In this document: positions 10,302-17,935 of the stretch, piece after piece
Numbering within the stretch: the stretch's first letter is position 1
Layout of the letters: the number at the start of each line of letters is the position of its first letter
The notes under the pieces: model-generated
What the model saw: only the letters and a program-made list of their open reading frames with translations
What the model was told of the DNA's origin: nothing
The model's database searches: none
DNA from: Escherichia coli
Lineage (GTDB): Bacteria > Pseudomonadota > Gammaproteobacteria > Enterobacterales > Enterobacteriaceae
Reading direction: 5' to 3' (one strand)
NCBI RefSeq assembly: GCF_044324875.1
Contig: NZ_CP172185.1
Length of the DNA: 64,000 nucleotides
Position numbers and translations under genes: made by a program

Positions 10302-10662
10302 CCTGTCACTTACCGATCTTAACCGCGTTCAGTTTCGTGAGAAATTTACCGGACAGCTACTCGTCAATGTGGAGAACGGGCGCATAGTGCGTAATTATCA
10401 CCTGCCGGATGGTGCAATTGCCGGAAGCGTTGAAGCATTGCTGGAACTGGCGGAACGTGCGCGACTGATTAAGCCGTCAACGAGCCATCACGATGATGAT
10501 CTGCATTTTACCGGATGTATGGTGAGTCACTACGAAAACGGCGTCGAGGTATCCTGCGAACGGCTGCGTGATGATTGCTGTTTCGGCACACTGCCGGAAT
10601 TTATCGAATTGCTGACCAGTTGCGGATATCAGGTTATTCAGGGGGTGCGCCATGTGCAATAA
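10294..10662 (+). CDS. Hypothetical protein (~122 aa), satellite early operon.
   Basis: ORF with start/stop overlap to both neighbours; no recognisable motif. Confidence 0.55.
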   Translation: MINLSLTDLNRVQFREKFTGQLLVNVENGRIVRNYHLPDGAIAGSVEALLELAERARLIKPSTSHHDDDLHFTGCMVSHYENGVEVSCERLRDDCCFGTLPEFIELLTSCGYQVIQGVRHVQ

Positions 10663-11107
10663 CATCCGTCCGGACGCAGCAGGCGAAGCCATCATAACGC
10701 TAATGCACGCGCTGATTGATATTTCATGCACGGCAGCAACCGCAGAAAAACACATTACCAGAGAGCCGGAATATACAGGGGCAATAATCCCGCATTCGCT
10801 GGCCTACGCACAGCTAACCGCTGATATGGCGCTGAATGAGGCTAAAGCCATCCTGATTGCTGATTGTGAAAATGGGGGGGGGGTTATGCGTGATGATCGT
10901 TTTAATTCCCTGAAACAGGAATTTTCCGGCGTTCCTGATAATGCGGCTGATGCGCTTTCGTCAATATCTGAAATTATGCGGGTGGCTTTTTTCTTTCTTT
11001 GCACTGATGAGCACAGGGATACAGGGCTAAATATTCTTGATATCGCCGCTAATTATGCTGATTTCGTAACGGAAACTGTTTTAAGAAAAACGACGGACGG
11101 GGATTAA
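10652..11107 (+). CDS. Hypothetical protein (151 aa), satellite early operon.
   Basis: Intact ORF overlapping the upstream stop; no recognisable motif. Confidence 0.55.
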   Translation: MCNNIRPDAAGEAIITLMHALIDISCTAATAEKHITREPEYTGAIIPHSLAYAQLTADMALNEAKAILIADCENGGGVMRDDRFNSLKQEFSGVPDNAADALSSISEIMRVAFFFLCTDEHRDTGLNILDIAANYADFVTETVLRKTTDGD

Positions 11108-11108
11108 T

Positions 11109-11342
11109 ATGCGTGATATTTACCACGAAACAATAGACCGCGCATTTCTTGCACTTTCTCACAGTGAAAATATGTTGGAAATATTGCGCATATGTCTTGA
11201 AACGCTTGGAGATAATGAACGTGATAAACAGAAATCAATGATTGTCACGGCATTAATAACGCTTCTTGAGCCTGTAATAAATGAGTTGCAGGAAATAGAG
11301 ACATTACACGACCAGTATAAAGCGCCCCACACCGGAGAATAA
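11109..11342 (+). CDS. Hypothetical protein (77 aa), satellite early operon.
   Basis: Starts 2 bp after the upstream stop. Confidence 0.5.
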   Translation: MRDIYHETIDRAFLALSHSENMLEILRICLETLGDNERDKQKSMIVTALITLLEPVINELQEIETLHDQYKAPHTGE

Positions 11343-11347
11343 AAAAC

Positions 11348-11635
11348 ATGAAAAATAAAAATTCTGGCGTTAATGCCAGCGGCCCCGCTCGTCCTGAAAT
11401 CCGTCCCGGCGATATTTTCCGTGATAACTACGGCGGCACGGTAATGATTAAGGGCGTGGAAGAACGGCGCGTAACCTACCGCCGTGATGGCTACGAATAT
11501 GACTGCGTTATGCCTGTTTATCAGTTCCGGCGTGATTTCACGCTGGTGGGCCATCGTAAAGCCGTTAATCAGAAACGTGCTGCAAGTTATATCCGCAAAA
11601 TCCGTGAAATGCTGGTCGCAGGGGGTAAGAAATGA
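11348..11635 (+). CDS. Hypothetical protein (95 aa), overlaps the replication gene start.
   Basis: Intact ORF; stop overlaps the start of the next gene (ATGA-type coupling). Confidence 0.55.
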   Translation: MKNKNSGVNASGPARPEIRPGDIFRDNYGGTVMIKGVEERRVTYRRDGYEYDCVMPVYQFRRDFTLVGHRKAVNQKRAASYIRKIREMLVAGGKK

Positions 11636-13038
11636 AACTTGCACCGAACGTAAAACTGTTACCGAAAGATAAACACACTGAGGCGGTTATTTTTGCGGGT
11701 GATAATGCTCACTCCTTTGCAGAACATTACATGATTGCACAGGCCAAAAAAGCAGGCGATCCCATCCCTCCGGTTTACCTGGGCCGTTATCAGTTAAGCG
11801 AACTGGACAACTTACAGATTGTTGATGAAGGACGATACAGGGCAAAGGTCATACGCGCCGGAAACCTGGACGATATGCAGATGCTGACCATTGCCACAAA
11901 ACTGGCGATCGCCGGAGTCCAGGAGGCGCGCCTACTTTCTGAAAATTTCGAACTGCTGGAGGACTGGAGCGACCAGCTACCACGACTACGGGAAACATGG
12001 GAGAGAGGGGAAAGCCTGGTCATGAATGGCGGAAAGCGAAAAATCACACTTCCCATCTCATGGGGTTCTGAGGGATTCGATGCGCAGCAAAGCTACGTCA
12101 TTAAGGGGCTTATTCCGGCTGAGTCATTATGCAGCACCTACGGGGCCAGCGGTTCTTATAAATCGTTCCTCGCCATTTCCTGGTCGTGCCATGTTGCCAC
12201 AGGTATGGCATGGGGAGGCCGCAGGGTAAGTAAGGGTGCGGTTATCTATATCGCTGGCGAAGGCAGCATGGGCGTAAAACGCCGCGTTAAGGCGTGGGAG
12301 ATAACCCACGACAAGGTGGTTACAGATTTGTGCATCATTAACGCGCCTGTTTTCCCTGCATCGCCTGACTATGTGGAGCAGGTTATCAGGACTGCCGGAC
12401 TTGTTAAGAGCAGAACGGGCGAAAATGTGCGGCTGATTGTGATCGACACGCTGGCCCGTTGCTTTGGTGGGAATGATGAAAATGATTCCCGTGATATGGG
12501 CGCATTTATCCAGGGGTGTGACGCGATAAAGCAGGCCACAGGGGCCACGGTGCTGGTGGTTCACCATTCCGGCAAGGATGAAACAAAGGGGGCGCGTGGT
12601 TCCAGTGCATTCCGTGCCGCGCTTGATGCAGAGTACCGAATCAGCCGCGAAAATTCAGACGTTACAGCACTGGTCGCAGCATGTACGAAGATGAAGGACG
12701 CAGAGGAGCCAAAAGAGAGCGCATACGACCTTAAAAGCGTGGAGGTGTTCACCGATACAGATGGCGAAGAAATTGTGTCCATGGTGGTGATTGACGTTCC
12801 CCGCGCCCCTGCTGAACTGGAGCGCATCGAGGAGGCAGGCAACAAGACGGAAAACCATACCGCGCTATGGGGGTGCATCCGTTCACGCACACAGAACGGC
12901 GACAAGTGCACGATCCCGCTGTTACGTGATGACATGAAACGGCTTGGGTATGACGTGAAAAATATGCGGCGATGGTTAGCCAAACTGGAAAAAGACGCCG
13001 TGATTTACATTGATGGTGATGATGTAGGACCACTGTAA
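11632..13038 (+). CDS. Replication initiator / RecA-fold P-loop ATPase (RepA/AAA_25-like primase-helicase family).
   Basis: 468 aa; P-loop-like YGASGSYKSF, Walker-B-like LIVIDTLARCFGG, VLVVHHSGKDETKG; followed directly by iterons. Confidence 0.75.
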   Translation: MKLAPNVKLLPKDKHTEAVIFAGDNAHSFAEHYMIAQAKKAGDPIPPVYLGRYQLSELDNLQIVDEGRYRAKVIRAGNLDDMQMLTIATKLAIAGVQEARLLSENFELLEDWSDQLPRLRETWERGESLVMNGGKRKITLPISWGSEGFDAQQSYVIKGLIPAESLCSTYGASGSYKSFLAISWSCHVATGMAWGGRRVSKGAVIYIAGEGSMGVKRRVKAWEITHDKVVTDLCIINAPVFPASPDYVEQVIRTAGLVKSRTGENVRLIVIDTLARCFGGNDENDSRDMGAFIQGCDAIKQATGATVLVVHHSGKDETKGARGSSAFRAALDAEYRISRENSDVTALVAACTKMKDAEEPKESAYDLKSVEVFTDTDGEEIVSMVVIDVPRAPAELERIEEAGNKTENHTALWGCIRSRTQNGDKCTIPLLRDDMKRLGYDVKNMRRWLAKLEKDAVIYIDGDDVGPL

Positions 13039-13240
13039 AAAGTGAGTAGTAAAAGTGAGTAATGGTGAGGTTTTTACAAAATATTAACACAATTACTCAC
13101 TTTCTCACCTGTATACATGCTCAAAAGTGAGCAGTGAAAAAACACTTATGAAACATGCACATATAAAACACAAAAATCTCAAGTGAGACGAAGTGAGACG
13201 CTTTAAAAAGTGAGTAGTAAAAGTGAGAGATGGTGAGCAA
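13039..13240. repeat. Iteron cluster, putative satellite replication origin.
   Basis: A ~30-bp unit AAAAGTGAGTAGTAAAAGTGAG(T/A)(A/G)ATGGTGAG occurs twice (13037–13070 and 13203–13237), with about ten AAGTGAG-type motifs including tandem AAGTGAGACGAAGTGAGACG and an inverted copy. Confidence 0.55.
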
Positions 13241-13608
13241 TGAATAAAAACCGAACAGCAGGACAAAATACCGAAGGTAAATTTATGAACACTGAAATTG
13301 AAACACTGAGCATATCAACTGCCCTTCCTGGCTGGTGGGCTAAGTTCAAAGACGACGACGGCACGGAATGGTATAGCCCAATTGCTGCATGGGCGCTTTG
13401 TGATATCCACCATTTCGGCACCGGAGATACTTACCGCGAAATCTTACCCGTGCTGACCAGTGAGCTGGGCATGAGTCCGCATAGTCCTGATGAGGGAATG
13501 TGCGAGTGCCTTTATCTGCCGGATAAGAAGTTTGTTCACTGTGGTGAATCGATGGTATTTGCCTGGTATCCGGTTAACGACAGCAGCAATAGCGGTACTC
13601 TGGAGTAA
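13240..13608 (+). CDS. Hypothetical protein (122 aa; alternative start MNTEIETL at 13285).
   Basis: ORF immediately downstream of the iterons. Confidence 0.45.
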   Translation: MNKNRTAGQNTEGKFMNTEIETLSISTALPGWWAKFKDDDGTEWYSPIAAWALCDIHHFGTGDTYREILPVLTSELGMSPHSPDEGMCECLYLPDKKFVHCGESMVFAWYPVNDSSNSGTLE

Positions 13609-13611
13609 ATC

Positions 13612-13854
13612 ATGAAGGTAAACCACAAAAAGACAGATCACCGCGCCATTGACCTTACAGAGCACTGGCTGAGGGTGGCGATAAAAATCATCGACCGCAA
13701 CACGGGGGAAGGATACGCGAAAGCACATCCCGAACTGATAAGTGCATTCATGACCACAGCGGCGGCAAACTTTGCCACGCTGACAGAGCGGGATATTGCC
13801 GAAGCAGAACAGGTAACAACCATCAACGTTAAAACCAGTGAGGTGGAATCATGA
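13612..13854 (+). CDS. Hypothetical protein (80 aa).
   Basis: ORF whose stop overlaps the ssb-like start. Confidence 0.45.
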   Translation: MKVNHKKTDHRAIDLTEHWLRVAIKIIDRNTGEGYAKAHPELISAFMTTAAANFATLTERDIAEAEQVTTINVKTSEVES

Positions 13855-14261
13855 CAGCACAGATAGCGGCTTACGGGCGGCTGGTGGACGACCCGCAGGT
13901 AAAACAGACCAGTAAGGGTACACCGATGACGCTGGCGCGTATGGCGGTATCTTTACCATGCGGCCAGGCACAGGACGGACAGGCGACGTTATGGTTATCG
14001 GTCATCGCATTTGGCAAACAGGCCGACTTTCTGGCTAAACATCAAAAAGGCGACGTTGCCAGCGTATCCGGCACGATGCAGGTCAGCCAGTGGACCGGAC
14101 AGAACGGGGAAACGCGGCAGGGTTATCAGGTTATTGCAGACAGCGTAATCAGTGCCCGTGCGGCACGTCCTGGCGGGAACAGACGCAAAACCACAGGCAC
14201 ACAGGGTAATCAGCCACCAGCGGGAGGCGATGACCCTTACGGTGATGATATTCCGTTCTGA
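13851..14261 (+). CDS. ssb: Single-stranded DNA-binding protein homologue (short OB-fold) with a conserved SSB C-terminal tip.
   Basis: WLSVIAFGKQADFLAKHQKGDVASVSGTMQVSQWTGQNGETRQGYQV parallels E. coli SSB [48 protein letters not shown]; Gly/Pro-rich linker; ends ...DPYGDDIPF (E. coli SSB ends DFDDDIPF). Confidence 0.8.
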   Translation: MTAQIAAYGRLVDDPQVKQTSKGTPMTLARMAVSLPCGQAQDGQATLWLSVIAFGKQADFLAKHQKGDVASVSGTMQVSQWTGQNGETRQGYQVIADSVISARAARPGGNRRKTTGTQGNQPPAGGDDPYGDDIPF

Positions 14262-14271
14262 GGGGGTGACG

Positions 14272-14544
14272 ATGGTACATGACCGCATAGCGGAGGAACT
14301 CGAGGCAAAAGGATTTTACCGGAGGGCGGCGGCGCGATGGGGTGAAGTTATGAGGCTGGTGAGCACTGACAAGGAGCGCGAACAGGTGGCAATGCGACGG
14401 CTGGAATGTTCCCTGAAGGCACAGAGGCCACCGGAGCCGCCGGATGATTTAGGCGCTCTGAAAAGGTCAGTTAATCGCACTGAAAAACAAATGGGGATAG
14501 CTGGTATTGGCAAAGCAATATGGCGCAACTACCCGCAGAAGTGA
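14272..14544 (+). CDS. PerC-family transcriptional regulator-like protein (~90 aa).
   Basis: MVHDRIAEELEAKGFYRRAAARWGEVMRL... resembles the PerC N-terminal pattern; six-frame ORF 14152..14544 trimmed to the ATG after the ssb stop. Confidence 0.5.
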   Translation: MVHDRIAEELEAKGFYRRAAARWGEVMRLVSTDKEREQVAMRRLECSLKAQRPPEPPDDLGALKRSVNRTEKQMGIAGIGKAIWRNYPQK

Positions 14545-14550
14545 GCACAC

Positions 14551-14620
14551 AGCCGGAGCAATCCGGCTTTTTTACGCCTAAAAAAAGCCCGATAAGGTCA
14601 AAGGGGGCTTATCGGGCTTT
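14551..14620 (+). terminator. Two tandem rho-independent terminators ending the satellite replication/regulation operon.
   Basis: AGCCGGAGCAATCCGGCTTTTTT, then AAAGCCCGATAAGG-tcaaagggg-CTTATCGGGCTTTT. Confidence 0.6.
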
Positions 14621-14784
14621 TGTAGAGGAGGTTTTTTATGGTGCACTGGCACACATGATCGGGATAATCATTTCATAATTTGCAACATAACTCAATATTG
14701 TTGCGCAAAATGCAATCATGATTATAATCAGGACTGGATGAACATCCAGTTATGATTTTTTAAGTCAAAGAGGAATTTCTGACT

Positions 14785-14991
14785 ATGGCAGAAGAGAAAA
14801 AAGGCGGGGTGACGGTCTACATAAGCCCCGACATCGTGGAGGCGCTCAAGGAACGCCACCAGCAGAATGTAAAAGCAGGCATTGCGGCAGGACTTGATCC
14901 GCTGGCGATGGTTGAGCCGTCAACAGGCTGGCAGGTGCGTACCTATTTACGTGCGGCGCTGGGTATCAATCAGGTTCACGGAGGTGAATAA
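14785..14991 (+). CDS. Hypothetical small protein (68 aa), first gene of the head module (possible scaffold or assembly factor).
   Basis: ORF translationally coupled to the capsid gene; preceded by an AT-rich promoter region with palindromes TGATTATAATCA and TTGCGCAA. Confidence 0.45.
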   Translation: MAEEKKGGVTVYISPDIVEALKERHQQNVKAGIAAGLDPLAMVEPSTGWQVRTYLRAALGINQVHGGE

Positions 14992-16046
14992 TGACAGGCA
15001 AAGCAAAGGCACTTACAACTAACCAGCTTTTCGCGTACCTGAATCGCGGGGATATTTCGGAATATAAATTTAGTCCGCTGTTTACCACGCTGTTTTTCCC
15101 GAACGTGGCGACCTTCAACACCCAAAACATCATGCTGGACACCCTGGACATTGAAGAGGTTACGATGTCAGCGTTCTGTTCTCCTATGGTGGGTAGTCAG
15201 GTCCAGCGCGATAAAGGGTACGAAACCAGCACGATTAAACCAGGCTACATGAAGCCAAAGCACGAAATCGATCCAACAAAGACCATCATGCGCATGGATG
15301 GAGAAGATCCGGCACAGCTTAACGATCCAACTTACCGCCGTATGCGCCTGATTACTGGCAACATGCGCCGCCAGATAAACGCCATTAAGGCGCGCGTGGA
15401 ATGGCTGGCGGTGAATGCGGTAACGACCGGAAAAAACATCATTGAGGGCGAAGGCATAGAACGCTATGAAATCGACTGGAAAATACCGGAAAACTGCATC
15501 ATACAGCAGGCCAGTGGTAAAAAATGGTCCCAGCAGGATAAAGACATGCACGACCCAATCTATGACATCGAGCTTTATGCTGATCAGGCAGGTTGCCCCG
15601 CCAACGTCATGATTATGGGCGGTGAGGTATGGCGCACATTACGCAGCTTTAAAAAATTCCGTGAACTGTACGATCTTTCCCGTGGATCAGAATCCGCCGC
15701 CGAGCTGGCCTGTAAAAACCTGGGCGAAGTGGTGAGCTTTAAAGGCTATCTTGGTGATCTGGCCCTTATCGTCTATTCCGGCAAATACACTGACAGCGAC
15801 GGGACCGAAAAATATTTCCTTGAGCCTGATTTGCTGGTCCTGGGTAACACCAACAATAAAGGGCTGGTGGCATATGGTGCGATTATGGATCAGGAAGCGG
15901 TAAGAACGGGCGCAACGCAAAACATGTACTACCCGAAAAACTGGATTGAGGACGGCGATCCGGCGATTGAGTACGTGCAGACGCACAGCGCACCGCAGCC
16001 TGTACCGGCAGATATTCGCAAATTTGTTACCGTCAAAATTGCTTAA
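14991..16046 (+). CDS. Phage lambda gpE-family major capsid protein homologue.
   Basis: 351 aa; collinear matches to recalled lambda gpE: FSPLFTTLFFP vs FDPLFLRLFF, PGYMKPKHEIDP vs PGYVKPKHEVNP, DPTYRRMR vs DPAYRRRR, VSFKGYLGDLALIVYSG vs VSYKGMYGDVAIVVYSG, YYPKNW vs RYPKNW. Confidence 0.85.
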   Translation: MTGKAKALTTNQLFAYLNRGDISEYKFSPLFTTLFFPNVATFNTQNIMLDTLDIEEVTMSAFCSPMVGSQVQRDKGYETSTIKPGYMKPKHEIDPTKTIMRMDGEDPAQLNDPTYRRMRLITGNMRRQINAIKARVEWLAVNAVTTGKNIIEGEGIERYEIDWKIPENCIIQQASGKKWSQQDKDMHDPIYDIELYADQAGCPANVMIMGGEVWRTLRSFKKFRELYDLSRGSESAAELACKNLGEVVSFKGYLGDLALIVYSGKYTDSDGTEKYFLEPDLLVLGNTNNKGLVAYGAIMDQEAVRTGATQNMYYPKNWIEDGDPAIEYVQTHSAPQPVPADIRKFVTVKIA

Positions 16047-16057
16047 CGGGGGATTCT

Positions 16058-16393
16058 ATGGACGCTCCATACATTGAGTTATTTTCAGGCAGCCAACAGG
16101 TATCCACGACGCTGGTACATTTTGCCGCTGATGCTGGCGTTATTCAGGAATTTACCCCGCTGATGCTGGCAGACAATGGCGAGTTTAAGCCGTGGGATGG
16201 TAAGGAATCTGGCAAGGCTGTTTATCTGACCTCGTACCCTGTGGACACGTCAAAGCAGAAATCAGCACAGTGTTACAAGACGGGGATATTCAATATTGCC
16301 GCCGTTAACTGGCCTGACAGCGTCGACACCGATGCGAAAAAATGCGCCGCCTTTGCGGGTTCCGGCGTATCCGTTCAGCCGCTGGCCCGATAA
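16058..16393 (+). CDS. Phage lambda gpD-like head decoration protein homologue.
   Basis: 111 aa; FTPLMLADNGEFKPWDG / KTGIFNIAAVNWPDSVDTDAKKCAAFAGSGVSV parallels lambda gpD MTPLMLDTSSRKLVAWDG / [34 protein letters not shown]. Confidence 0.7.
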   Translation: MDAPYIELFSGSQQVSTTLVHFAADAGVIQEFTPLMLADNGEFKPWDGKESGKAVYLTSYPVDTSKQKSAQCYKTGIFNIAAVNWPDSVDTDAKKCAAFAGSGVSVQPLAR

Positions 16394-16467
16394 GCAGGGG
16401 GAACGATGGCACAAACCAGGGCGATGACGGCGACATCTATCGCATACTGAAAACCATCTGAGACAAG

Positions 16468-16491
16468 GCCGGAGAAATCCGGCTTTTTTTG
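16468..16491 (+). terminator. Rho-independent terminator after the head genes, just upstream of cos.
   Basis: GGCCGGAGAAATCCGGCTTTTTTT; near-identical to the 14551 terminator. Confidence 0.55.
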
Positions 16492-16499
16492 CGGGTCCT

Positions 16500-16640
16500 T
16501 TCCGGCATGTGGACCCGTTACGGGGCGTCGACCTCGCACGTTTTCGCTATTTATGAAAATTTTCCGGGAAAAAGCATGTCAGTTCTTCTTGTTATTAACA
16601 TATTGTTTTTAAAGAAATAACTATCAAGAAAGAAACGACA
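16500..16640. other. Lambda-type cohesive-end site (cosQ/cosN/cosB-like); predicted 12-nt overhang region GGGCGTCGACCT at 16523–16534.
   Basis: GTTACGGGGCGTCGACCTCGCACGTTTTCGCTATTTATGAAAATTTTCCGG is near-identical to the lambda genome ends (GTTACG|GGGCGGCGACCTCGCGGGTTTTCGCTATTTATGAAAATTTTCCGG); a downstream GAAAGAAACGACA resembles a lambda cosB R site. Confidence 0.8.
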
Positions 16641-16710
16641 TCATAATGATGAAAAATCTGTTTTTTTTGGCATTTCATGTCGTAACTGATTTTTGATAAG
16701 GAATTGCTGA

Positions 16711-17295
16711 ATGAATGTTAATAAAAAGAGGCTTGCCGAAATTTTTAACGTGGACCCGCGGACGATTGAACGCTGGCAGTCACAGGGGCTTCCTTGCGTC
16801 TCCAAAGGCAGTAAGGGCATTGAATCTGTATTTGATACTGCCATGGCAATTCAGTGGTATGCGCGGAGGGAAACTGATATCGAAAACGAAAAGCTCCGCA
16901 AAGAACTGGACGATTTGCGTGCGGCAGCGGAGTCAGATTTACAACCCGGCACCATTGACTATGAACGCTATCGGCTCACAAAAGCGCAGGCAGATGCGCA
17001 GGAACTTAAAAACGAGCGCGATCGCGGTGACGTGATTGATACAGAGTTTTGCATGTACGCGCTTTCAAAACTGGCGAGTCAGATTTCATCAATCATGGAC
17101 AGCCTCCCGCTTACTATGCAAAGGAGCTTCCCACAGATGACCCCCGCCATGCTGGATGGCCTGAAAAAAGAAGTTGTCAGAGCCTGTAACGCATGCACAA
17201 AACTTGATGAAAACATCCCGCGAATGCTGTCCGATTATCTGATGGAAACTACCGGAAATGTGCCTGATAAGTTTCAGCCGGATAAAGACAAGTAA
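16711..17295 (+). CDS. Terminase small subunit, lambda Nu1 family (TerS/Rpp-like).
   Basis: [29 protein letters not shown]...[44 protein letters not shown] tracks lambda Nu1 MEVNKKQLADIFGASIRTIQNWQEQGMPV...[44 protein letters not shown]. Confidence 0.85.
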   Translation: MNVNKKRLAEIFNVDPRTIERWQSQGLPCVSKGSKGIESVFDTAMAIQWYARRETDIENEKLRKELDDLRAAAESDLQPGTIDYERYRLTKAQADAQELKNERDRGDVIDTEFCMYALSKLASQISSIMDSLPLTMQRSFPQMTPAMLDGLKKEVVRACNACTKLDENIPRMLSDYLMETTGNVPDKFQPDKDK

Positions 17296-17536
17296 CGTAG
17301 TGCACAATGACCGAAGCCAGTTTACTGACTGGCTTTCAGCGTTGCGCTGGTGGGCGTTATGCGTCAGTGATAAACGTCTCCAATATTACTGATATTCGAC
17401 ATCCCCACCTCTCCACACCAGCTCGAATATCATTTTTCTCATTAAAAACAGGACATTAAAAACTGGTCAGATGTCCCATAAAAAGCCAAATGGGACAGGT
17501 CAAAAGCTTTTTTTGCAGTAATTTTCAATAGGTTAC

Positions 17537-17935
17537 TTGATGTGGTGGTGTCCCATGAAAATTCAAAAATCAGCCGTTTTCCGCGATGCTCCCGCCCCGT
17601 GGCAGGGCACCCCACAAGGAGGACCCGCCATCACTATGGAGGACATGACCATGACCGAGACCGAAGCGCTCGGGATAATCCGCAGTATTACCGGAATCAG
17701 CCAGCAGGCTGGCGAACAGGAGGCCACGCAGCCGGACAGCGTGATCGCCGAAAATTACGTGCGTGTTGTTGCTGATGTAATGCGCCGTGATGGTATTGAG
17801 CTTAACGGCGTGGATATGCGCGACATACGAATCAGAGTACTAGAGTTGCTGGCATACCGTCGACGCGTGGCGATGTATCAGGAGAGCGCGAAAAACACTT
17901 ATCAGTGGAAGAAGCCGGAGCGGTTACGGCGGTAA
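17537..17935 (+). CDS. Hypothetical protein (likely ~100 aa from an internal ATG near 17636, which has an RBS).
   Basis: ORF downstream of terS; no recognisable motif; ends 1 bp before the palindrome array. Confidence 0.45.
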   Translation: MMWWCPMKIQKSAVFRDAPAPWQGTPQGGPAITMEDMTMTETEALGIIRSITGISQQAGEQEATQPDSVIAENYVRVVADVMRRDGIELNGVDMRDIRIRVLELLAYRRRVAMYQESAKNTYQWKKPERLRR

